Part shown: piece after piece, positions 35,380 through 43,379 of the stretch
Position numbering within the stretch: the stretch's first letter is position 1
Layout: the number at the start of each line of letters is the position of its first letter
Position numbers and translations under genes: made by a program
Source of the DNA: an uncultured Candidatus Peribacteria bacterium
Lineage (GTDB): Bacteria > Patescibacteriota > Gracilibacteria > Peribacterales > Peribacteraceae
Direction of reading: 5' to 3'
Length of the DNA: 64,000 nucleotides
Assembly: GCA_964603635.1 (NCBI GenBank)
Contig: CAZRVH010000001.1
Coordinates: 51,386 to 115,385 of the forward strand
The notes under the pieces: generated by a model
Told to the model about the DNA's origin: nothing
The model's input: only the letters and a program-made list of their open reading frames with translations
Databases searched by the model: none

Positions 35380-35572
35380 GGGGGACCTTCTTTCTTTTTT
35401 GCGAAAAACCGAAAATGAAAAAGAGCACACATCCGTTCTTCAGGCAGACAGCCTGCAGAGCGGCGCGCAGTATACGGAAACGTATTTTATTTGTACATCA
35501 TGAAATATATCGATATATATGGCAAATAGCCGGTTTTCCCCGCGCTCCGACTGCGTTAGAGTGAATCGGAAC

Positions 35573-35971
35573 ATGCATGCGCAAGATCCCGCCAATACGG
35601 CGATACTCATCCAAGCCCGAAAGGCGATTCCTTTCCTTGCCGACATTCCCGACGATGTGTATCTCGGTTTGGATCCCGGTGAATGGCACGTTCCGCACGG
35701 AGAAGTCGCCGAGGCCCGGGTCGCATTGGAAGCGGCGCTGAACGAACACGTCATGACCTACCGGCGCGGCGTCTTCCTGAAAAACGTTCCCTTGGAGCGA
35801 CATCTGTGCGCGCGTTTGGAGGGGGCCCGACTGGATGCTGCGAAGCAGGCGCTATTGGATGAATACGAAGATCGCTTCCGCGAGGCGGGCGTGTCGTTCG
35901 TCGTGTACAAGAAGCCGCTGACCATCATCCCCGTGGAAGATTCCTACATCTTCAGGCGCGTCCACGATTGA
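35573..35971 (+). CDS. hypothetical protein
   Basis: ORF with typical high-GC codon usage and no recognisable motif. The start is uncertain (35519 or 35573). Confidence 0.4.
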   Translation: MHAQDPANTAILIQARKAIPFLADIPDDVYLGLDPGEWHVPHGEVAEARVALEAALNEHVMTYRRGVFLKNVPLERHLCARLEGARLDAAKQALLDEYEDRFREAGVSFVVYKKPLTIIPVEDSYIFRRVHD

Positions 35972-35980
35972 GCGCCCGGG

Positions 35981-36289
35981 TCACTTCTTTTTCTTTGTAT
36001 CCAGGATCCACTTTTGGGTACTGCTCAGCTTCTTATCCGTGCGATGCATGCAGCCGACCCAGCAGCACGGGCGGCGGTCGCCGTCCTTCAATTGCTCGGG
36101 AACGCGTTTCACATGTTCCGCGCGTGTCTCGGGTTTCTTCACGTATTCCACCCAGCAGATCCACTCGTTGCGCGAGAGGGGAGTCAGGCTTTCCCACTGC
36201 GCCAGCGCTTCCTTGTCGGAAACCAGCGCTTTCTTCAAATCCGCGGGAACCTCGTGGACCACTCCGCCGGAGATGTTCTTTGCTGCCAT
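35981..36289 (-). CDS. YdeI/OmpD-associated family protein
   Basis: 'VPADLKKALVSDKEALAQWESLTPLSRNEWICWVEYVKKPETRAEHVKRV' is the YdeI_OmdA signature. Confidence 0.75.
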   Translation of the reverse strand: MAAKNISGGVVHEVPADLKKALVSDKEALAQWESLTPLSRNEWICWVEYVKKPETRAEHVKRVPEQLKDGDRRPCCWVGCMHRTDKKLSSTQKWILDTKKKK

Positions 36290-36333
36290 GGCCCCATTGT
36301 ACCAGTGCCTGGGCCTGGGTCATCCGGTTTGGC

Positions 36334-36891
36334 TCACTTTCCGTTCATCTCTTCCAGCAGCGCCAACAGCTTCGTCGCGGTGTTCCAGGTGCGGACCGTC
36401 ATCACCTTGTAGAGCGGGGACGACATGATTTTGTTGAGCCGGCTCTTGGTACGCAGCGCACTCAGGCGTTGGGAGTAGATGGCGCCCTTTCCGGGCCAGA
36501 CGGTATCCACCTCGGGATTCGGACTGAACGCGGCCATCGCTTTTGCTGCCGTGCCTTCCATCAGGAAGATGACGTCGCTGTGGTACGTGTCCGGCTTCTC
36601 GCCGAATCCCTTGGGTTTGTCCTTGATGATGGACTTGAGTTGCGCGTGGCTCAGCACCGTCACCGTGATGACCGGCGAGCCTTTCTGGAAGAGCGAGGGC
36701 AATTCCTTCTCGATCATCGCCTTGATCTGCGTGGGCGTTTTGTCGGACCGCACAAGTACGTTACCGCTCGCGATGTAGGTTTTCACGTCCTCGAATCCCA
36801 GCTTCTCCAGGTACGTTTTCAGCTTCGCCATGGGCAGGATGCTGTTGCCGCCGACGTTGATTCCGCGCAGGAGGATGACGTAGGGTTTCAT
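36334..36891 (-). CDS. DUF1697 domain protein
   Basis: 'MKPYVILLRGINVGGNSILPMAKLKTYLEKLGFEDVKTYIASGNV' is the canonical DUF1697 N-terminus. Confidence 0.8.
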   Translation of the reverse strand: MKPYVILLRGINVGGNSILPMAKLKTYLEKLGFEDVKTYIASGNVLVRSDKTPTQIKAMIEKELPSLFQKGSPVITVTVLSHAQLKSIIKDKPKGFGEKPDTYHSDVIFLMEGTAAKAMAAFSPNPEVDTVWPGKGAIYSQRLSALRTKSRLNKIMSSPLYKVMTVRTWNTATKLLALLEEMNGK

Positions 36892-37005
36892 TGATATGAT
36901 TATATCAGTAACTTTCTATATTCTTTTACTTATTCAAAAGAGGATTTAAAGCTATTTTAAACCAATAAAGACTTTTTATAAATATATGATATAATATATA
37001 TAGTT

Positions 37006-37767
37006 ATGAAGCAGCCTGATTATCATCACTCATCTGCGTATTATGCGGAATCCCTCGCGCAGTTTTATCAGGATGTGAAAAAGCCGAAAGACTATCTTGC
37101 ACATCGTTTAGCTGACGCACATCGCACATTTCATTCTGACCCGAGACACGATATCTCCCCGTCTGAATTTAATTCATGGCGCACTTCTCCTAAAGAGCTT
37201 GCTTCGTATTTGCAGCAAACGAATCTGCCACTTGATTTAATCGTCGTATTAGAGGCGAGGATTGATTCATGGAGAAGGATCGATGCCCTTTTGTGCGGAA
37301 AAGCGAAGAAGAATCACGACAGCATCATGGCAATCGAAATGAAACAATGGACTGCATCTGATTGGTTTGAGTTGAGGAAGGGTAGTCAGGAAAAATCAAT
37401 CAGTACGGTTACGAACGGTCGTGAAAAATTAGAAAAAAATCCATGCAGTGAACTTTCTGCAAGAATCTCCGGCATAAGAAAGGATTGTCGGGATATTCTC
37501 GGAGATGAAGCACTTGAGCTCCATCCTTACGTTTTGCTTCATAGTCACAACGGACGATTGTCAGATGAATGGCGCAAGGTTATTGACGATCCGCAATTTA
37601 ATAACGCACGCAAGTTTGTTCCAATCATTACTGACTGCGAGGATGGTAGGGATTATTTTAGACGGAGAGTGAGGTACGAAGTCGGCCAGGGAAGTGGGAT
37701 TTCTGCATATCAGAAATTTTTGGAATTAGGCCTTTGGCAAATCGACTACTCTCCTGAAAAGAAATAA
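37006..37767 (+). CDS. stand-alone DUF2075-N-terminal-like protein (PD-(D/E)xK-like D...ExK motif)
   Basis: 'FNSWRTSPKELASYL...LIVVLEARIDSWRRIDALLCGK...SIMAIEMKQW' and the later 'LHPYVLLHSHN' resemble the N-terminal region of DUF2075/COG3410 proteins. No P-loop ATPase domain follows. AT-rich context. Confidence 0.55.
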   Translation: MKQPDYHHSSAYYAESLAQFYQDVKKPKDYLAHRLADAHRTFHSDPRHDISPSEFNSWRTSPKELASYLQQTNLPLDLIVVLEARIDSWRRIDALLCGKAKKNHDSIMAIEMKQWTASDWFELRKGSQEKSISTVTNGREKLEKNPCSELSARISGIRKDCRDILGDEALELHPYVLLHSHNGRLSDEWRKVIDDPQFNNARKFVPIITDCEDGRDYFRRRVRYEVGQGSGISAYQKFLELGLWQIDYSPEKK

Positions 37768-37789
37768 TAAAAGTAAGAATCAAATTAGT

Positions 37790-37841
37790 GCTGCCAACCT
37801 CACCCCCTTTCCATACGCCTTCCGCAGCGATATGTAGGATG
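37790..37841 (-). repeat. 52-bp direct repeat copy A (orphan DoxX-like gene 3' end)
   Basis: 47/52 identical to 40765-40816. On the minus strand it encodes '...SYISLRKAYGKGVRLAALI*' with no upstream gene body. Confidence 0.7.
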
Positions 37842-37959
37842 TGATGGTGAAGAGTATGACTTTCGAAGCCGGAGAAAGCTTATTTTCAGGCTATTTTAAT
37901 AATCCATCTAAGATTTGCGTAAGTTTGACAAGAATTGAATAATGTATTAATTTAACCAT

Positions 37960-40740
37960 ATGAATCATATAGAGCATGCGGACGCTCCGGTCACCCCCGA
38001 AAAACCTGTGAATGCGGGGCTGAACCCGGAAGAAAGCAGGGCATATGCAGCCGCGCTTAATCAGATCCTGACGGCCACGAATCTGGAAATCATTCCATTC
38101 GGAGCACAGAACGAACCGTTGCGCCTTTCGCAATGCGAAGGGCTCGAGGCACTGCGAGATAGCGTCCGCCAAAACGAGAGTCTTTCCCACATCATTCAAC
38201 CGGGAGGCACGGGAAAAACGCGCGAAGGGATTGCGGCTGCGTACGCAATGCATCGTCTGGGAAACGACAGCCTTTATGTCGTTCCGTCGCAGCAGGCGGT
38301 GACGGATTTCGCTGGAAAAGCGAGAAGTCTGTGTCCCGATATGGATGTCGGCGTCGTGTACCAATCCGAGAAACGGATCGGCAGGCTGACATTCATTACC
38401 TATGCATCACTCTTGCGATGCATGCTGGGAAAAAGCGCGGAAGCGGAAGCGCAGGTATTCGAGGAAAAGGAAGAGCCGGATGTGGCGCATGCTGACAAGC
38501 AAAAAATCGTCATCGATCCTGGGCGGTACAGGCTTGTCATCTGGGACGAAGCGCACAAATACCTCACCGTGACAGCGCAGCGCTTGCTGGAACTTTTTAA
38601 CAGAAGCATCAACGTCGGTTTTACAGCGACGCCGCGATATTACGAAGGCAAAGAAGTCGCAATCGTATTCGGTAGGAAAATCCATGAGCTCAATTTGGAG
38701 ACCGCCATCGAAAGAAAGGAAATTTCGGATTTCCGAAACATCCTTATTACGACCGACGTCGTAACGGGTCTGGAGCTTGTCTCCCCGGAACAGGAAGAAA
38801 GCGCCCAAGTCGCGAAAGCGATCAATGTGGCGACTCGCAACAATATCTTCCCCGGTCTCTACAAAGATGCCAGGATCACGGTGAGTGGGAAGGAATACAC
38901 GTTGCTAGGAGAGCCGACGCTGGCCTTCTGCGCGAGCATCGAACACGTTCACGATCTCGCCAAAAGATTCAACGATACGCTTTTGCCCGCGCTGAAAGAG
39001 GACGAGGAATTCCGTTCCATCCTGCGCGCAAAGGGAATCGACCCCGATGCCGTGGAGCAAATCGCGGCGCCCATTCATACAGGCAGCAGTGGCGAACATG
39101 CGGGGATGAGTCTTCAGGAACGAAACGCATTGGTGGAACGCTATCATGCGAGAAAGATCCTTGTTCTCGTCTCTACGTCCGTCTTGCAACAGTCTTTCGA
39201 TAGCCAAATGACATCCGTTGTCATCGACACGGTGCCCAGGCAGACGTATGTCGGAGTGGGACAGGCGGGAATGCGGGCGCTTCGTTTTTTGCCCGGCAAG
39301 GAAATTGCGTTCCTCATCAATACCCAGGATGCCGACCATCGCTCCCTCACCTTCCTCGATTTCCAGGCAAGGCGCGGCGCCGAAGAAGGCATCGCCATCG
39401 AACTCGCCCATGCGGCTGGACAGGTAAGCCAAAGTGCGCCTTCGAGCGAGAAGGAAAAAGTGATAGGCAAGAAAAATCAGACGTCGGCGTATAAGCTGAC
39501 ATACGGAATGGAGTTGATGGATCTCTCCCAGAAGAGGTTTTCCGTCGAACACATGTACTACATGCCGGAAACGTCTTCCATGCATTTCCATTTCAACTCC
39601 GCGGGTTTCCAAAGGTTGAACAGGTTGATTCTCGATATCGCGGGCGGCGATAAGGAAGCGGTCTTCGCTTTCATTGATCTTTTGCAGATTTGGATCGGCC
39701 GCATTACCCGCCACGTCGGATTCCAGGAATTCGGCGATGAGAGCTTTGAAGAGGCGGTTGTCGAAAAGTTGGATGACATCGCGTTCGAGGCATTGATGGA
39801 TCTGGTGGAAAAAGTGCAATCGGGCGCGATTGAAACATGGTCCAGGTTCTCCGCCCGTTTTCAACAGGACTTCCGTCGTTTCTGCAGGGTCGCGAAGCGC
39901 GATGAGGTTCCGTCCATCGACATCCATCTTCACGAGCCCATTGAAAACGAGCATATGCAAGGCACCTTGGATGAGGATGACGCATTCAGTTCAACGGAAC
40001 CCCTTTTCATCGACCTGCATGAAACCATTCCGTCATCCGATAGTACCGGGGTTGAATTCGCGGAGAACGCAGAGCTGCGCGGTAAAATGTACAAAGTACT
40101 TCGATCACTCAGTTATCGCGAGAGGGAAATCTTAAAACTGCGATACGGATTGGAAGACGGATATTCCTATACCCTTGAAGAAGTAGCTCATATTTTCAAG
40201 GTAACGAGAGATAGGATCCGGCAAATAGAAGCGAAAGCGATCCGGAAATTACAAATGCCTTCGCGGACCAGCGAGCTCTCAGGTTTCTTTGCCGATAAGA
40301 CGAACAAAGGATACGCCCTGTTGCCGGAGCCCCAGTCATTGCCGAAAAGGGAAAAGGGAGTGCTCGATGAGGCGTACGTCGAGCAGGGTAAGAAGAACAG
40401 GGAAATCATCGTCGATCTTCTCTCGCCGCTCATCGCCGCAAAGAAAACCATATTCGATGTCTTGCGAGGAAATGATGAAGAAATCCCTTTGTGGATTCTC
40501 AATGAACTCGGAGCCATCTCTCCGGATTTGGAAGCTGTGTGCAGTGTCGAGCGCACGTATAGCGACGCGCTTATGGCAACGGTCTTTGATCAGCATGTGT
40601 TGGCCCGTTTCAAGCAGAAGTTGATAGGATTGAGGGTATCTGACCGCGATAGGGCTGCAGTCGATGAGGCAATCCATAGATTGCAAACGTGCATGCTGCG
40701 CTTCCAGGATATGGGAGGAAAGTCGCTCCGTGAGATGTAA
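37960..40740 (+). CDS. SF2 DEAH-box helicase fused to an RpoD-type sigma-70 region 4 domain
   Basis: Helicase motifs: I 'PGGTGKTR', II 'VIWDEAHKY', III 'GFTATPR', V/VI 'LVLVSTSVLQQSFD..QAGMRALR'. Residues ~700-765, 'LRSLSYREREILKLRYGLEDGYSYTLEEVAHIFKVTRDRIRQIEAKAIRKLQMP', are a near-canonical sigma-70 region 4.1/4.2. Confidence 0.85.
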   Translation: MNHIEHADAPVTPEKPVNAGLNPEESRAYAAALNQILTATNLEIIPFGAQNEPLRLSQCEGLEALRDSVRQNESLSHIIQPGGTGKTREGIAAAYAMHRLGNDSLYVVPSQQAVTDFAGKARSLCPDMDVGVVYQSEKRIGRLTFITYASLLRCMLGKSAEAEAQVFEEKEEPDVAHADKQKIVIDPGRYRLVIWDEAHKYLTVTAQRLLELFNRSINVGFTATPRYYEGKEVAIVFGRKIHELNLETAIERKEISDFRNILITTDVVTGLELVSPEQEESAQVAKAINVATRNNIFPGLYKDARITVSGKEYTLLGEPTLAFCASIEHVHDLAKRFNDTLLPALKEDEEFRSILRAKGIDPDAVEQIAAPIHTGSSGEHAGMSLQERNALVERYHARKILVLVSTSVLQQSFDSQMTSVVIDTVPRQTYVGVGQAGMRALRFLPGKEIAFLINTQDADHRSLTFLDFQARRGAEEGIAIELAHAAGQVSQSAPSSEKEKVIGKKNQTSAYKLTYGMELMDLSQKRFSVEHMYYMPETSSMHFHFNSAGFQRLNRLILDIAGGDKEAVFAFIDLLQIWIGRITRHVGFQEFGDESFEEAVVEKLDDIAFEALMDLVEKVQSGAIETWSRFSARFQQDFRRFCRVAKRDEVPSIDIHLHEPIENEHMQGTLDEDDAFSSTEPLFIDLHETIPSSDSTGVEFAENAELRGKMYKVLRSLSYREREILKLRYGLEDGYSYTLEEVAHIFKVTRDRIRQIEAKAIRKLQMPSRTSELSGFFADKTNKGYALLPEPQSLPKREKGVLDEAYVEQGKKNREIIVDLLSPLIAAKKTIFDVLRGNDEEIPLWILNELGAISPDLEAVCSVERTYSDALMATVFDQHVLARFKQKLIGLRVSDRDRAAVDEAIHRLQTCMLRFQDMGGKSLREM

Positions 40741-40754
40741 ATTAGTAATGTTCC

Positions 40755-41043
40755 TTATTGAATCGCTGCCAACCTCGTCTCCTTTCCATACGCCTTCCGC
40801 AGCAATACGTAGGATGCCAGCGTGAGCATGAGGCCGACGAACGACGGAGCCCAGATGTACGGTATGACGGCGGACGGGACGAACATGTGCGACACGAATG
40901 TGCCGAGGAGATCGAAGACGAGGCCGGCGTAGCGCACCTCCTCTTATTTGGTGTTTTTCTTTATTACATCACGCAAATGGTCTCGCGCGAAGGCGGGTGA
41001 AGAAGGAGAGAAGGCCGGTGATGATCCAGTAGGCGATTTTCAT
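40755..41043 (-). pseudogene. DoxX-like membrane protein gene, internally disrupted
   Basis: 'MKIAYWIITGLLSFF..' (ATG 41043) runs into a stop after 24 codons. The C-terminal part, 'YAGLVFDLLGTFVSHMF...LTLASYVLLRKAYGKETRLAAIQ*', resumes at 40937. The middle of the family is missing. Confidence 0.55.
40765..40816 (-). repeat. 52-bp direct repeat copy B (3' end of the DoxX-like pseudogene)
   Basis: 47/52 identical to 37790-37841. Confidence 0.7.
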
Positions 41044-41105
41044 GGGGGAGGGGGAGGGATGTATTGGAGTGTAGCAGTGATTAAAAATGTAAATCTAAAT
41101 AAAAA

Positions 41106-41621
41106 TCAATTTTCATGAGGGCGTCCGAAATACGTTGCAAGGGACCATGCGAGATGATGTCTGCCTAGATCGCTTAAAGTTATCTCTCTTTTAAGGAGGT
41201 ATATTTGAAGTACAGAACGGGGTACGTATGTCATTGTCTGAAAATCCGCTATAGACTCAGGAAAACTCTCAAATGCTGGTAGATAAAATAAATAATTATT
41301 TTTCCTCGCTCTGATTGATTCAACATTTTTAGTATTAATAGTTCTATCTGTAATAAACTCTGCAAGTGGATAGACAGGGCAAACAATAACATGAGTACGA
41401 CGTTGAACGTCACATGTTTGAGAAAGTATGATCATCTTTTGTTTTTTTGCTTCCAAAGCAAAAAGCGATCGATCTTGTGGTTCAGTATTGTCTTCTTCGT
41501 ATAGACCTTCATCATTTTTTTTAATAGCTTGGTTTTTTTCAAAAATGAAGAAAGGTAGGTCGGCTATTATGTCTCCTTGATACAAAGTCGCTGCATCAAC
41601 AGTGTCTGCAGTGACATACAT
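41106..41621 (-). CDS. hypothetical protein (third gene of AT-rich protease operon)
   Basis: 171 aa with no TM helix. Conserved-looking 'MIILSQTCDVQRR' and 'VIVCPVYPL'. It starts 4 nt after the upstream stop. No family recognised. Confidence 0.6.
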   Translation of the reverse strand: MYVTADTVDAATLYQGDIIADLPFFIFEKNQAIKKNDEGLYEEDNTEPQDRSLFALEAKKQKMIILSQTCDVQRRTHVIVCPVYPLAEFITDRTINTKNVESIRARKNNYLFYLPAFESFPESIADFQTMTYVPRSVLQIYLLKREITLSDLGRHHLAWSLATYFGRPHEN

Positions 41622-41625
41622 ATAT

Positions 41626-41868
41626 TTAGATTAAACTTGTCTTTAAAACTTTTCGATAAAAACGATTTTCTTCTTCAGGGCTTAGTTCTTCATTCATCCC
41701 ATCTCCATTTATTAAAACCCCAGCTTTTGTAGAAAAACTGTCTTTAGTCTCTTGAAAAACAATTTCTCCAGAGCCAACGATTGTAGAAAAATTACCACTA
41801 TTTGGTGGAGCGGTTAACTGGCGCGTTGTTTCATTGATGCCGGTGCCTGTTTGGGAGAAATACTGCAT
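41626..41868 (-). CDS. hypothetical small protein (second gene of AT-rich protease operon)
   Basis: 80 aa, soluble, T/S/G/N-rich. It starts 6 nt after the protease stop. No family recognised. Confidence 0.5.
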   Translation of the reverse strand: MQYFSQTGTGINETTRQLTAPPNSGNFSTIVGSGEIVFQETKDSFSTKAGVLINGDGMNEELSPEEENRFYRKVLKTSLI

Positions 41869-41874
41869 AGGAAT

Positions 41875-42867
41875 TTAAAGAATACTCCATTTATTGGAGG
41901 TTGCATTAACATTGAACTGATTTTTTCCGGAGGGGTCAGGTATTTTTGTAACTGTGCAATTGGTCTGAAAGCTAAATTTAATATCTGTTGAGTGAATTAC
42001 CGCTCTATTAACGATGATCTCTTTCTTAATCTCTCTGCCTAGAATTTTTTGTGCATCAAGCTCATCTTCTAATTCAAGGTGTGAAGAGTATGAGTCAAAG
42101 AGTTTTTCAATAATTTTCTCAGTTGCTTTATCCGGGAAGATGACAATCTCATCGAAGCCAATTTCTTTGGCCTCATTTCTATTGATTAAGTGTTTATGGG
42201 AAAATAATTTTTGGGTTAAGTGCTCGATAATTTCTTTTGTCTGTCCGTCGGAAACCTTAGTCTTATGTAGACGCAAAAGATTTTTTGCAAGCCTTCTAAC
42301 TAGAGCATGAGTTCTATTTGCTGAGCCTAGCAGTGTTGGTGTGATTTCTTTCGTTAAATCTTTCATAATTTCACAGAGCGCGTGTTGTTCAGTGACTCCG
42401 ATTTTGTCCTTTACAAAATCAATGTAGCCAATGATATCTTCAATTTCGAATTGCTTAGTCTGATTATTGGCATCTTTAATGTTTGCGGCAGGATCTATAG
42501 GGCTTAAGTGAGCGTAACGACTCATTATGATGCTATCAGCACCTAATGAGATCATAGTGCCTGCGCTTAAAGCTTTTTCTAAAACAACTACTTCAAATTC
42601 ATCACAATGCTCTCTAATTAAATTGACCAATGGCCAAGGAGTTTCTAAATGTCCGCCATTGGTATAAATCGCTAAAGTAATTTTTTCAGTATGATCTATC
42701 TTCTTAAGAATTTTTTTAAAATAAGGTAAAATATCTGATGCAATTTGCGTTCCAAAAACTTGCAACGGTTGTCTATCGCCCGTCATATAAACTATAACTT
42801 TACTGTTTCTTTTTCTTTCGAGAGAAACAATGGCCTGATTCAGAGCTTGTTTAGAAATTGCTGGCAC
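41875..42867 (-). CDS. SDH-family Clp-fold (SppA/ClpP-like) serine protease
   Basis: 'SKVIVYMTGDR', 'ITLAIYTNGGHLETPWPLVNLIR' and 'ALSAGTMISLGADSIIMSRYAHLSPIDP' match the SDH (serine dehydrogenase proteinase) Clp-fold signature. A ~180-aa helical C-terminal extension follows. GTG start with TACAAT 6 nt upstream. Confidence 0.75.
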   Translation of the reverse strand: MPAISKQALNQAIVSLERKRNSKVIVYMTGDRQPLQVFGTQIASDILPYFKKILKKIDHTEKITLAIYTNGGHLETPWPLVNLIREHCDEFEVVVLEKALSAGTMISLGADSIIMSRYAHLSPIDPAANIKDANNQTKQFEIEDIIGYIDFVKDKIGVTEQHALCEIMKDLTKEITPTLLGSANRTHALVRRLAKNLLRLHKTKVSDGQTKEIIEHLTQKLFSHKHLINRNEAKEIGFDEIVIFPDKATEKIIEKLFDSYSSHLELEDELDAQKILGREIKKEIIVNRAVIHSTDIKFSFQTNCTVTKIPDPSGKNQFNVNATSNKWSIL

Positions 42868-42999
42868 AACGAGATTGTATACTTTGGTTTTCTTAATTAC
42901 AACGACCTTATTAAATTTGATTTGGCTTATAAACCTGTTTTACTAAATTAAAACCTACTTCATTTCATATAGTTAGTAATTTTCTTTTGTTTCTTGCAC

Positions 43000-43018
43000 T
43001 ATATCCGTGACGGATATA
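43000..43018. promoter_or_regulatory. perfect palindrome, putative PadR operator
   Basis: TATATCCGT-G-ACGGATATA (9-bp arms) lies 11 nt upstream of the padR ATG at 43029. Confidence 0.5.
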
Positions 43019-43028
43019 TAGTCGGCGC

Positions 43029-43379
43029 ATGTCCAATCCCACCCCCCTTACTCCCGCGGTGCTCCATATCCTCCTCGCGCTCTCCGCTGCCGAACGCCAC
43101 GGCTACGGCATCATGAAGCAGGTGGAAGAGGAGTCGCACGGCAAGGTGAAGATGGGTCCCGGCACGCTCTACGGCTCCATCGGTCGCATGATCGACGCGG
43201 GCCTCATTCGCGAGAGCGACAAGAAGATCGACCCCGAGATGGATGACGAGCGCCGCGTGTACTACGCGCTCACGGCGGAGGGAAAGAAGGCGCTGTCCGC
43301 CGAGCTGCAGCGCTACAACGAGGTCGTGTCTTTGGCGAAACAGAAAGCGTTCCCGCTTACGTTCGGCTATGCCTTCTGA
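43029..43379 (+). CDS. PadR family transcriptional regulator
   Basis: 'LHILLALSAAERHGYGIMKQVEEESHGKVKMGPGTLYGSIGRMIDAGLI' and 'RRVYYALTAEGKKAL'. Confidence 0.9.
   Translation: MSNPTPLTPAVLHILLALSAAERHGYGIMKQVEEESHGKVKMGPGTLYGSIGRMIDAGLIRESDKKIDPEMDDERRVYYALTAEGKKALSAELQRYNEVVSLAKQKAFPLTFGYAF

Noticed and set aside
36892-43000. An integrase, transposase or prophage origin for the mosaic accessory region.
   Set aside because: No tyrosine or serine recombinase, DDE transposase, terminase, capsid or tail motifs were seen in any frame. Only composition shifts and duplicated gene ends mark the insertions.
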